Below the pieces are notes generated by a model. It searched no databases, was not told the DNA's origin, and saw nothing but the letters and a program-made list of their open reading frames with translations. A DNA stretch of 64,000 nucleotides from Schmidtea nova (Eukaryota), in contig CM097882.1 in the NCBI GenBank assembly GCA_044892505.1, forward strand, positions 399,528,001-399,592,000, in the 5' to 3' direction. Below, one piece after another: positions 10,722-22,706 of the stretch. The position numbers and the translations under genes were made by a program. Position 1 is the first letter of the stretch; each line of letters starts with the position of its first letter.

Positions 10722-12335
10722 TAAATAGTTAATGGTGGAAAATTTCGCCTAAAGGAAATGAGTATTTAGCGTTAGTTGTTAATTTGTAATATAGTAGTAT
10801 AATATAACTAATTGTAATTTTAAATTGTAAGTATTGATTAATTTTTTTTTTAATTTTGGAAAGTGGAAATATGTGCAATAATTAAGTGATTAACATCAAA
10901 GGCGAAAAATGTGTAAAACATGAAAATTAAAAGTATGTGTTAGATTGCAATGAATAACATGAAAAGAAAATTATGTAATACGACAATGAATAATATCAAA
11001 GATAAAAATGCGTAGTATTGTAATGGCTAACATCAAAAGTGAAAATAGGCTTTGTATAACAACAAACTACTCCAAAAATGGAAAACGCACAAAGCTAAAT
11101 TAAAAACTTATAAGACTAGTTATTAAGGCGATGAACAAATTTGTACACAAGTACAGAATATATAAAGAAAGAATTAGAAAATACAGATAGTGAGAATAAA
11201 TCAAGATCAAAGAGGAATCGCGAACGATAGATATAACAAAAGCGAAGTTTCCACAAATACAAAATAAACGGATGTCGAGAAAGACATTTGAAAGAAACTA
11301 CAAAGAAAAAAGTATAGAACATAAAAAAGAATAAGAACATTGTAAAAAGAATATCAAACTTTGATATCAAAACTATTAAAAGCAGACGACATGTATACCT
11401 TAAAACGAATTTCGACGAGAGCGAAAGCAAGATTAGCAAATTAATTTGGTGAAAAACAAACGAAAAGAAAACATATTGTGAGATGAACAAAATCAAAAGC
11501 GAAATAAGGTACAAAGATAAACAAACTGAACAATTAAACAACCACGATAACACAATCAAGTCAATAGAAACATATAAAGAAAACACTGGACAAAGATGAA
11601 ACAAAATAAAGAGGACATAATGACTAGAAGATTGACGATAGTAAACTACGCCAATAACAGAACAAATAGTGGTTGGTAGCGAAGTTTTTCAAAGTTAATA
11701 AAATAAAAAGGAGAAAGATAACCTAATAATTTGAGCAGGACAAATAATTTTCAAATTTTATTGTTTTGTTTAGCAAAAATGAATTTTTGAGCTACCACAC
11801 GGCAGTACATATATAATAATTGTGGAAACTACCTATTAGTGTGATAACGGAAAGGGAACTGGGCCAGTCGCAAAAATTGGAAAGTTCTTGTGTAATTGAT
11901 CATTACACTTTGCAGGAATGTTCCAGTGTGATTAATTTCTTATTCAGAGAAAAGAATTAACGGAAACACGCTAAAAATATATAAAATAAACAGTATGGAT
12001 AGGTAATATAAAACATAAACCGTGAAAAAGTATAATATCAAGGAATAAGATAAGTAAAACGAGGAAAGATCCAATTTGCATCTTTTATATCACGCTTCTC
12101 ATCAGTCATGGTCTCGGCACCTGGAGCTGTGCCTGAATCCATAGATTTAAAAGAATAATTTGTATGTTGTGGCCTATGATGTGTTTGTGACGAAAAAGTT
12201 CATTTTAATCATTATCATTAGAGGAAAATATTATTTATAGATTTGTAATATTTTATTTAAATAATTTTTATTTTTTTCAAAATTTCTCTGGAAAATCAAG
12301 AAAAAATTTATTAAAATAAAATTTATCGATTAAAA

Positions 12336-13593
12336 TCATATCTTTGTCCTAAATATTCCCTTTGTAATTTTCTTTTCTTCCCTCCTGGCGCGTTTCGCTT
12401 CTTTTATTGATTGTTTTCTATTACGCCTCTCATCAGTCGTTTCTTCCCGTGGTCTTGGCACGTGGAACAGTGACACGTTAGTCATTGTTAATTCCACTAG
12501 GTTATCTTCACTAGCCTCGGCGGATTCATCAACTGAATCCATAGATTCAAAAACGCGCTTCGTTGGCTTAGGAATTTCAATCAATTTCGGTTGATATTTG
12601 CTCTGCTCATCATTCATATTCATGACGTTTGATGTCCTTTTTGGCTTCCTATAAGCCCATTCATTTACAGCCCTGTCTATTTCCGCTGGATCATATTCAC
12701 TTTCCATTCTATCTAAATTTCGATAAAAATCGTCCTTTGGATTGATCGGTTCTAACCGTTTACTGAAAATGGCTTATTATTTTTGATTTATATTTAAATA
12801 AAATTCATTTACTTTTCACGAGCAAGGTCTCGTTCAAATGCATTGATAAATGATTTAGACATCATACTACACTTTGTGGAATCTCCAGCCGCTGAGACAG
12901 CATCTTCATTGGGAATTTTAAATTTATTCTGGAATGTACCGTAAAAATCCATATTTTTTGAAATGTCATTTGTAGCCATCCGAACATTATTGAGATCTAA
13001 ATGGCTATTAGTAGCATCATCATTTTCATCGTCATTAATAGGACCATTTCCAAAAAACTGACTCAATATTCCTTTATCGCCTTTTAATGTTGGTTTTACT
13101 GAGACAGAATTAGGTAATTTAAAAATATTTTCTTCATTTATTTGATTATCTGCTATTTCCTCCATGTCAGCTAATTTAATAAAATCTTCCTCTAATTCAG
13201 ATAATTCTGCGTCACTGTCAAGTCCATTTAAAATGTCTTCGTCTAATTCATTTTTTACTATTTCTTCTACTTTTACTAAACGTTTATTTTCAATATTATC
13301 AAATTTTGTTTCTAATTCGTTTATAAAATTTGTTGGTTGAGGAGGCAACAGGCCTGCCTTGCATTCATTTTCTTTGAAAAAATCACTACGGTTCATTAAA
13401 TGCTGCATGTAATCATAACCGTCATTAAAATAGATTCCATAATTTATGTGTTCTAGTTCATTTATATTTTTTGATTCAATTGAGTCCTTTTCCATTAAAT
13501 CATAACTAGAAGAAAAGGGTACATGAACGGGTTGATTTCTTGGCTAATTAAAAATAATGACTATATAAAATAAATTTAAAAAACAATTACCAT
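12336..13593 (-). CDS. LTV1: Protein LTV1 homolog (40S ribosome biogenesis); predicted exons 13593-13591, 13543-12813, 12762-12336, about 386 aa
   Basis: Motifs YGIYFNDGYDYMQHL and RPREETTDERRNRKQSIKEAKRARREEKK. GT-AG introns of 47 and 50 nt join the ORFs in frame; the ATG-only first exon is less certain. Confidence 0.88.
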
Positions 13594-13737
13594 GTCAAAT
13601 GAAAAATTATTAAGAAAAATTATTAAGTTTATTAAGAATATTTAAACAAGTTTTGTTTCTTTTTAATTTTTACAATTAACATCTTTAAATTAGGTCACCT
13701 TTGATCTTTTATTAAAACTTTGTTAAATTTTATAATA

Positions 13738-14550
13738 TTGTTGGGGAAAAACTAACCTCAGCAGTAAAATAGCACTTAGAGATTGCGTACGAAGTAAACT
13801 TTAAATATGAACAGAAAACACCAAACCAAAATTACCCATAGAAACATATTACAATTTAATTAAAATACATTTAAAAATTAAAATTGACAAAACAAATCAA
13901 GTAAACATGCGAAAAAACAAAATAAAAACAGTATTTACAAAAATTCACTATAAATTAGGAAATGTTATAAGATGGGGGCGTACCAAAAATTTTAAAACTA
14001 AAACACTACAAAATAGGGTGAAATAAATTTTTGGGCAAGAACTAGAGTTTGCTTTGTTGAAGCGGTAATACAACATGTAGATAGCACACAAGAAGTGAAT
14101 TTAAAATCTATCATGACGAACACCAATTAAATAAAAAATAACAGAACACATCGAAAAATAAATAAAACACATTAAAAATAAAAAGGAACAAAAGCGCATC
14201 AAGTACACGCATTTAAAACACAAATATGACATAAAAATAGCAATTAGAAAATAAAATTAGAAATTAGAAAATTTGCATATTTATAGAAGGAAATTTTGAT
14301 TTTTACCTAAAAAACTCAGAAAATATAAATGAAATTGTTTTGGATAAAAATTTAGTAAATTAAATTAAATTAGAAAAAATTTTAATTCAATAAATTTTAG
14401 ATTAAAAATAAATTATTTAAAGTTTTAAAAAATTTTAAGAAAAATAATAATTTAATTTTGCTTAAAATTATTAAATTTAATTTTGGAAAAATCGAAAGTT
14501 TCTTCTAGAACAATTTGTTTAAATGCAATAACGAAAACAACAGACAAATC

Positions 14551-14626
<76 letters not shown>

Positions 14627-14900
14627 GGTAAAAACTAAATATTGTTTAAATGAAGCGGTAACACACAAAGTAGAGAGAGCGCAAGATTATAATTTAAAGT
14701 CTTTCAACCAAAACATCAAGTAAAACTAGTGATTAAAAGAAGCTCGTATAAAAACTAGGATGGACAAAAAACACATTGAAAATGTACGTGGAGAACGCAT
14801 TAATGATGTTGGGCAAAAACTACAATTGTTTTATTAAAGCGATAACCTCATAGGTAGAGAGCGCGCAAGATTCAATTTTAACCCAAGCATCCATTAAAAA
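13738..14900 (+). repeat. Degenerate local repeat with units starting tgttggg(n)aaaaacta
   Basis: Similar units near 13738, 14030, 14622 and 14807, several followed by aagcg(g/a)taa...tagagagcgcaaga. Confidence 0.5.
14554..14621. repeat. (TA)n microsatellite
   Basis: Uninterrupted AT dinucleotide run. Confidence 0.95.
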
Positions 14901-15129
14901 TCCAAGCGATTAAGTGGAAAACACTAAAAGGTGAAGTGGAATCAAAATACATCAACCAGTAGAGAACGCGCTAGCTGTGAGTCCGAAAGCCCTTACACTG
15001 AAACCTCGAGAAAAATCAAATGCCATCAAAAGAAGAACGTTTGAAAGTTAGAATAGGCGGAAAACCCATTGAAAATACCCATAAAAAACGGAATTGTGTT
15101 ATAAAACCTTCAGTGCAGGAAAAATTAAC

Positions 15130-17640
15130 AAAATTTTAGCCGAAAATTGTGATTTTATCAAAATATTTCACATTAACTACAAAAAGAACTAATATTGATC
15201 GAAATATCGTAAATTAAATCAAATCGAACAAATTTCGATTCAAAAATAAAAATTTTGAATTAAAATAAATTATTTGTGTTTTATAAAAAATTATTACACA
15301 AAAATATGGATTTAATTTTCGGAAAAACATTAGAATTAATTTAGAAAAATTAAAAGGAAAATTCTAGAACAATTTGTTTTATTACACTAGTGAAGGTGAC
15401 GCAAATCGATGGTATATATACCGCCATCAAAATGGCAATAAGCAGAATTTGAAAAAAAAAGTTAACAGAATTTTTACTTTTGTATTATTCAAACCGAAAT
15501 TTCCCGGAAGAATTTATTGGTAAGTACCATTTTCTTGTTCGGTGCGGGGTCATCGAACGTCATGCCTTTTCGATTACCCCGTACCCAGTAATATTTTATT
15601 TTGATAATTGTGTATTATGTTATTGTCATTATTGTCATATTATTTTATGAATATTATTATTTTTTATTACTATTATTTATTTTCTTTTATTGTCACAAAT
15701 CCCCGTTTTGAAATCACAATGATATCTATTATAAAAAAGATTAAAAAAATAAAAAAAAGTTTTTTTTTGCTTCCGTACCCCCTGAAGCCTGTTTCTGGCC
15801 TTGTGCCGATCAGGTGGAAGTAGCCTGAGCAGATCGCTGGTTCGATACGTAAATCGATCAGCCCATATTTCCGAGTCCAGGTGAATAGCCTAAACATCCA
15901 TGATCACTTCATCCTAACTGGGGAACAGTGGCTTGGCCAAAGGCAAGTTGTTATATTAATGATATTTGATTTATAATAAATGTAGTTTATCTGAATTTAT
16001 AATTTCTAACATATTCGTCATTTAAAAATTAATACTACATGTAAACGTAAAGACGATTTTCTCCAGTAATGTCTTTTCCATTATGAAAAATAATTTGTGC
16101 AAGAACATTTTACTCGTGGTTCGCCTTCACTCTCGCAACAATTGTCATCTTATCCGAAAACGCAAGTGAAATGGAGGCTAATATTGAAAAGAGAATCGTA
16201 TGAAATAATGCTCAAAGATGATATAATAATCACGAAATGAAATGAATTTAGGACAAGTATTGATTGATCTGAATTAAACCTCATTCATTATATAAATAAT
16301 TTTTCTCCAGTGAACCTTGTTTTCGGGGGCCTGAAGTTCCTAAGTGAAGTGTCCCGAAAAATTCGCGCGCACTTTGGTTGGGAAATTCATGCTCGAACGA
16401 AACCGAAATTCACTTTACTCGATGTCGAAAAAATTATTCGTTGAAGAATTGATAACTTATTTTATTTTTATTTTTATTCAGTATATAAAACTTTTAGGTT
16501 GAACGCTTATTTGGATTTCTAAATTTATGGATAAAAATTTATTATTATGTGGATTTCGTGTTGATCAAAAATAAAAATTTACTTTTTATTATACTGCAAA
16601 AATTTTATAATGAAAAATTGTAAACCAAGTTTTTCCTAATATTGTTATTATGTAAAAGATTTTATCATTTTATAAAATTCCAGAGAATTTGTAAATTAAA
16701 TATTATATCGAAACCCATAAAAATTTTAAATCGAAAATATTATTATTATATTGAAAATTTTATCATTTTATAAAATTCAAAAATTTCGAAATTTCATAGA
16801 AAAAATTTTACTATTAATATATGTATTCTTAAAATATAAAAATTTGAATTTAAAAATGAATATTATAAAAATTAGAATTTTTATTATTGTATAGCTTTCA
16901 TAAAATTATAAATTTAAAATTTGTAAAAAGTATTATAAAAATTATTATTATTATTTTAATTCTAAAAATATTTTATATAATTTATATATAGTATAATATA
17001 ACTACCCCACGATATCTCAAAATCATAACGCATCCCTAATTGCAAAAAATTACATCCATTTCATTCAATAACATCTTCCATACTAATACACAAGCAACAT
17101 ACATATAAAATACAATATACACACATACACAGTAGCATTTATTAGCATTCAACAGTTATATACACACAAGCAAACGATACCGAAAATTCTACACAGTTAT
17201 GTTAGTTAGCATCATACATCCAGTCAAACCTACAAGCATTCATATAATCACATCCATTCACTGAACCATTTTTTACCTAACATACAATCACAAATAGTCA
17301 TGACAATAGAAGATATATCCTTAATAGTATACATACACACAAACTTGAAAATCAACAATCTACCTCCTATACCGAAATGTCACTACAAAATACGGCATAC
17401 TATAGTCAAATGTTTTACAAAAATTATCATCCATATATATTCAAATTTAAACTAGTAGTTTTCCCCTCATCAACTTCCTACGGAAAAATTCCCCGTCAAT
17501 CAATATTCCTAAGAGCTATACCAGATCCATTTTCAAGCATACCGGGATGTTTCGAATTAACAATACAAGCACGCATTTCTCCAGTCAGTTTTACCATTCG
17601 ACGCACCATTAAATAAAAGTTTTACAATTCTACTATCATA
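15130..17640 (+). repeat. Dispersed ~2.5-kb non-coding repeat (second copy ~47270-49900), unclassified
   Basis: Collinear shared blocks: ttctagaacaatttgtttt, tatataccgc.atcaaaat, ggaagtagcctg, cacttcatcc.aactggg.aacagtggcttggccaa, atacatacacacaaacttgaaa. Confidence 0.7.
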
Positions 17641-18051
17641 AAAAGAAGTTGAAAATACTAAAACAATGTTGGGCCAGCCAAATATAGGGAAAAGTGAAAT
17701 AAAAGTAGAATAATTAAAACAAAAAGAGAAAAATAAGGTAAAAAAGGGGAATATTAATTTGTTAAAAGAAAAGAGTAATATAGTTAAAATATAGATAAAT
17801 TAAGAACAAACTATAAATAAAAATAAATGAATTTCTAGATATTAACGGGCCCAGGAGACATCTAAAAACAAATAAAATACAAATAATAATAATTAAAACC
17901 AAATAAAAGTACTTGTTATTGAATAATTGTTTTTGAAACCCAGACCTCCGAGGAAGAATACAATCTAAAAAATAAAAATTAATTAGAATCAAAAATAATA
18001 ATCAAACCCACCATGAAACTGGCCGAACCTGATTGGTCGGTCTAGACACGA

Positions 18052-18075
18052 CTGATCAGTATAAATACTGATCAG
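18052..18075 (+). promoter_or_regulatory. Candidate LTR TATA box inside an 11-bp inverted repeat
   Basis: CTGATCAGTAT-AA-ATACTGATCAG contains TATAAAT; an Inr-like TCAGA lies about 30 nt downstream of the TATA. Confidence 0.55.
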
Positions 18076-19032
18076 ATTTTTCATAAAATCAGACTAAAAT
18101 TTAGACTTTGTAAAAACTTAGACGTGTTCAGACAAAAAATTCACATTAGATTGTACATTGCTCCGACTGAGATCACTACTAAGTTGATATTAACCAGGCT
18201 GATTTTCAATAGACGATCACCGTTTAGACCGATTTTAATCGAACAAATTTTCGGGATTCAATTTAGGTATTTTTGATATATTTACGTTTATTATTGATAT
18301 TGTTGTATTCATATGTCATCACATTAAAATATATTGATTATTTATCTCATTATGATTTATGTTTATATTTAAAATATATAATGATCATATTAATCTTGCG
18401 CCGTTGGGAGCTTTAGGTTCCCAAGGTGTCCGTCCGTGGCGTGGTGCTCGAGGGCTCCACACACGGTAAAGTAATGAATAACAAAATATAACTTTATTAG
18501 TAGTTGACGGGATTTGCACATGGGACACCCAACAAATCCGGGGAATTATTTTCCGATCATTTTAGCTACAGAGGAGGCGATTTTCGGATAAAGTCTAACG
18601 ATGTAGGATAGGAAAGAATTTTTCGACTGTGAGGAGGCACAATTTTTCACCCTCACCACAGCACAGAGTGCTAAATAAACATCTAATAAACCTTTGAAAA
18701 TTAGGTCGACCGCATTTGATACGAAAGGGGCGTTTTCCGAGTAAGCTAGGAGATACATGATGTGAAAGAGTTTCCGTTTTAAGATACCAATGTTTCGATA
18801 TCCACGCAGACAAATCACCATTTTTCGACTATATTATCGGACAAGAACGGATAAATCTAAGCAGACACGAGAGTAAGGTACACCGTAACGAGCAACAGTT
18901 TTTTCTTGATTTCAGTTAAGGTCTAAGGTGAAGGCAAATAATAAAGGCATCACGATGAGAGATAACATCTACTATAATTAATCATTGATTTAAATTGTTA
19001 ACTATTATAAAATTCAGCATCGTTCTAGTATC

Positions 19033-19509
19033 ATGACTAAACACAGATTCACCATCAAAAAGCGACGAGAACGAGCCCGAATTAGCCCATTAAAGCCGGC
19101 TCCATTTGAGATTTTGCAACAAATCCATCAAAAAATGTGGGCATGGCGCCGAGAGCTTGAAACCGCATGTCCATTTACAGTATGGGACCATCCACGGCAT
19201 CACGTATGGTACCGGGGATGCGCTAGTTGGCCAATCATTCCAGACGAGGAATTCGAATCATGGCACGCCGCCTGGTTCGTTCTGGTGTTAGATAAACGGG
19301 GATTCCCAAACTGTGTGATTTATTGGGGGTTCATCCCAGCCTCTACATTCAAGGAATTGGGGTTCACTTTCCATACAGCCATACGACCCCTTCGGGAAGC
19401 CGAGAGGATCCGTGTTCAGCAGGCCTCGTCCAACTCCACTGGAATCAGCTCTCATCTACAAATCAGATCGATATTTTCGTACCGAGGGAAAATGACCGAA
19501 GATGGATAG
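19033..19509 (+). CDS. LTR-encoded gene A, unknown Trp-rich 158-aa protein
   Basis: Intact ORF with an upstream acceptor and downstream AATAAA. Diverged homologs occur in two other LTR families in this window. Confidence 0.75.
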   Translation: MTKHRFTIKKRRERARISPLKPAPFEILQQIHQKMWAWRRELETACPFTVWDHPRHHVWYRGCASWPIIPDEEFESWHAAWFVLVLDKRGFPNCVIYWGFIPASTFKELGFTFHTAIRPLREAERIRVQQASSNSTGISSHLQIRSIFSYRGKMTEDG

Positions 19510-19845
19510 TTGAATCAATGGCCACCTGTTTTAAATTAAATAAATGTTTTAGAGAAATCTGAAGTGTTTCATTTTGTTAATAGCGCTATAATGTAGATGA
19601 GAAATTTATTAACCTCTAGTGTTGTAGATGTTACAGTCAGTAGGACATTCTTTCACTAATGTAAAACAGTTGAATAAAATTTTTGAGCCTCCAATCTTTA
19701 AATAGAAAAATAATTTTTGTGTAAAGATTTAATACTTGAACACAGTAGTATGCATTTTTTCTCCTAAATCGTAAATAGTCACTTAAATAAAATGACCTTG
19801 TTGATAGGTCCTCCAGCGAATTTATCATTATAATATTCAGACATC

Positions 19846-20430
19846 ATGCCGACTTCAGAAAACTCTAAGAGAATCGTGGGACAAATCCAAGAGAGGCAGT
19901 TAAGGGACCAGCAGCGGCAGATCAAGCGACTCACGGTCGCCAATGATGAATTGAGAGCGAAGTGGTTCTCACCCGAACAAATGAAGGGCCAATCGCAAAA
20001 ACTTGAGCGGCTGCAGGAAGCACTGGCCGCAACTAAATTGGAACTAGACGCCGTCCAGAGAGAACTGCGAAATTGCCTAAATGCAGTAACAAGAAGTTAT
20101 ATCGACTCCGAATTACGAGCGCTAATCCGGCCGATCACGGCTCAACGCTGGACGCAAAGTACTTATCAAGATGTCGCATGCGGGACGGAAGATGGTATCA
20201 GCATGGCCCCCACTCTCGTAACGGCCGATTTGCCTACTTTTCACAGTGATCCATCGAGAACAATGGCGTCAGCACCCGTCCTAAATCCACAGCTTCGAAA
20301 ACACCGAATGGGATCGCGACAGCGTCGGCGTCGCCGAGAATTTGCGAAGCGCCTGGATGAGCAAATCCACCACTTAAACTCCTTAACCGAAGCAGAGTTG
20401 ATTCAGGAGATTAGTCTGGAGTTCGCGTAG
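19846..20430 (+). CDS. LTR-encoded gene B, 194-aa coiled-coil protein with an Arg-rich motif
   Basis: Intact in both LTRs, with ttcag before the ATG and AATAAA at 20472. Homologs at 2610 and 4091. Confidence 0.8.
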   Translation: MPTSENSKRIVGQIQERQLRDQQRQIKRLTVANDELRAKWFSPEQMKGQSQKLERLQEALAATKLELDAVQRELRNCLNAVTRSYIDSELRALIRPITAQRWTQSTYQDVACGTEDGISMAPTLVTADLPTFHSDPSRTMASAPVLNPQLRKHRMGSRQRRRRREFAKRLDEQIHHLNSLTEAELIQEISLEFA

Positions 20431-20991
20431 GAAAACATCAATGTCAAATAACAACCTGTTTTTATTATTTTAATAAAAGTGTTTTTGTGTAAATTTTGTC
20501 TCTCATCGTGTGATTTCACTAAATAAAATAAGACAACACAAGTAATTCGTAGAAATAAAAAATCGCGTCGTAAAACCTACCCCGGCCGTTACTTAGCAGC
20601 GAGAGTTTTCGTAGGCTCGTAGAACAGCGAAGGAGAGTGTCATTGGGAAAAGCGTGTGATGGATCCTAAGGATATGTAGTATAAGATTCAGTGGGTGAAC
20701 ATCCATAGAATGTAAATGCGTAAGACCTTCTATCGGCAGCAAGGACCCGAGGGAAGATAAATGGGGAGTAGTTTTGGCAACAAAGCTCACCTGCCCATCA
20801 TTTTTCCACCACCGTATGCAGTACCAACTTGACTAGTAGGGAATAGTCAAGGGCATACGCGTGTAGTAGTCATGTTATGTATGGTTATGGGCGTGGAATC
20901 CCTGGTATACGTACTCATCAATAGTCGTTCAATTAATGATTAACTATTTATTTGAATTACTTAAAACCCACCCATAATCCCAACATAAATT

Positions 20992-21009
20992 TGGGGGCTC
21001 AGCCGGGAT
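20992..21009 (+). promoter_or_regulatory. Primer binding site, tRNA-Pro
   Basis: TGGGGGCTCAGCCGGGAT matches the MLV tRNA-Pro PBS TGGGGGCTCGTCCGGGAT at 16/18 positions; 6 nt downstream of the LTR. Confidence 0.9.
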
Positions 21010-21313
21010 AAACTTTGTTTTTGTGCGGAAAATGTGAACCCAATGACAACAGAGAAATTTAAAATCAGAATGTGGGGAGTAGAAATAGTAACCGAAAGAG
21101 TAATCGAGATAAAAGCGAGTTGCGTGTAAATAGATAGTTACCAACAGAGAATTTAAACAAATTAGTAGATAAATTGAACAATTGCATTCATAAATAACAG
21201 GTCGGGACGACAATTTACCGAAACACGGGGGGAGGCTATAAACTGTCGGAAACGAAACACAGTACTACTTTTCGAATAATATTAACACAGTGTTTAAATA
21301 AATTATCTAGGAA

Positions 21314-21775
21314 ATGGAGGAAAAACTGAAAGAAATCGAGGAATTTTTCAACACCGAGAACGAAACATTTGAGACAGTCTGCGAAAAAATAACCCGAATA
21401 AGATTATCCGAATATGAGGAACCAACGACACAAAAGGAGGAAACAACTGAGTTAATAAAAATCATAGAGAAAGTAAATAAACTCGATATAAATACGCGAT
21501 ATAAATGGTATAAAGCACAATTAGAGGATGCCGAGTTAAATATCAGATGCCGACATATGGAACAGCAGTTAAGTCTAACATATAACCGATGGATGTCGCA
21601 AGGGGTTGAGGCAGCAAAACAATATAAACAATGTTACATATGCGAAGACAGTGAAATCCAAATAATGTTTTTACCATGTGGACATTTTCGATTTTGTAAA
21701 AACTGTGCGAATAAGTGTGATGAGTGCCCCATGTGCAATTTCTCTGTAGCTGATAAAGTTGTAGTTTATTTATAA
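21314..21775 (+). CDS. IAP-type C3HC4 RING finger protein without BIR domains (putative E3 ligase)
   Basis: C-terminal CYICEDSEIQIMFLPCGHFRFCKNCANKCDECPMC...VVVYL. TATAAA at about 21237 and AATAAA at the stop. Confidence 0.88.
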   Translation: MEEKLKEIEEFFNTENETFETVCEKITRIRLSEYEEPTTQKEETTELIKIIEKVNKLDINTRYKWYKAQLEDAELNIRCRHMEQQLSLTYNRWMSQGVEAAKQYKQCYICEDSEIQIMFLPCGHFRFCKNCANKCDECPMCNFSVADKVVVYL

Positions 21776-22243
21776 TAAATATTTAGAGTGTTAATATATT
21801 GTATCGAATGACAAAGTCAAGGGAGCAATCAACAATGTTAATTAATTTTTGAGCTACTGTCAAGTAGTCCGTTAAGCACCCATTGGGAGGTACCAGTTGA
21901 TCAACCCACTCGGGGTATATAGAAAGGGGCCAATCGCAAATGTTGGAAAGCTTTTGTGATGTGATTGATCACCACATCCCGCATTAGTAGACCAACGCGA
22001 TCTTTTTGTATATTTTGGTTGGGGAGAGAAATAGGGAAAACCCTGATGAGGTAAGATGCACGCAGAGAAAATAATAAAAATTGAAGTAGAACTGATCAGC
22101 GAAAGAATTAGTAATAAAACAAAGAATCGAGGAATTATAGAGAAAAATAAGAGGTGCATAATCAGCTCGCATGAAATTGAGAGAACTCAGCTGAGAAATT
22201 GTAGTCGCTAGCGAAGTTAAGAATTACGATTAACCGGTTAAGG

Positions 22244-22494
22244 AAGGGTTATTAGAATTTGTCCCTTGAAACAAAGGGTTATCAGCGGTTTGTCCCTTGA
22301 AACAAAGGGTTATTAGAATTTGTCCCTTGAAACAAAGGGTTATCAGCGGTTTGTCCCTTGAAACAAAGGGTTATTAGAATTTGTCCCTTGAAACAAAGGG
22401 TTATCAGCGGTTTGTCCCTTGAAACAAAGGGTTATTAGAATTTGTCCCTTGAAACAAAGGGTTATCAGCGGTTTGTCCCTTGAAACAAAGGGTT
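22244..22494 (+). repeat. Perfect tandem array: 4 x 61-bp dimer of alternating 30- and 31-bp units
   Basis: aagggttattagaatttgtcccttgaaaca alternates with aagggttatcagcggtttgtcccttgaaaca. Confidence 0.95.
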
Positions 22495-22690
22495 GAGGCC
22501 AAAGAGCCATATTGAATGACCTAGCTAGGCGTTATTGAGAGATATGATTTAAGGCCAATAGAGCCATTTGAGATAATTGAGATATGAATTTAAGGCCAAT
22601 AGAGCCATTTGAGATAGTTGAGATATGAATTTGAGGCCATAAGAGCCATTTGAGATAATTGATATTAATTAGAGGCCAAAGGAGCCAATA
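22495..22690 (+). repeat. Degenerate tandem array of ~41-bp units
   Basis: About five copies of aggcca.w.agagccat(ttgagata). Confidence 0.85.
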
Positions 22691-22706
22691 GGGATATCCG
22701 GATATA

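Larger units (their letters stand above)
6420..11840 (+). mobile_element. 3' end of an LTR, PBS and leader of a third Burro-like family, split by the nested insertion at 6718-10658; outer limits approximate
   Basis: 6515-6600 matches the distal LTR block (cttctatcggca...ttttggcaacaaa..acctgc). After the nested element the LTR ends ...ataccaaca (10696), followed by TGGGGGCTCAGTCTGGAT. Confidence 0.7.
17667..20985 (+). repeat. 5' LTR (3319 bp)
   Basis: Direct repeat of 42956-46245; by eye about 12 substitutions plus indels of 1, 2 and 30 bp. Confidence 0.97.

Noticed and set aside
10269-10724. 151-aa ORF looking like a duplicated gene
   Set aside because: It is the LTR-encoded start of the 6829 ORF repeated in the 3' LTR and running into flanking DNA.
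11116-11604. 162-aa hydrophobic minus-strand ORF resembling a membrane protein
   Set aside because: Reverse complement of an A-rich retroelement leader, with no true ATG start; compositional artefact.
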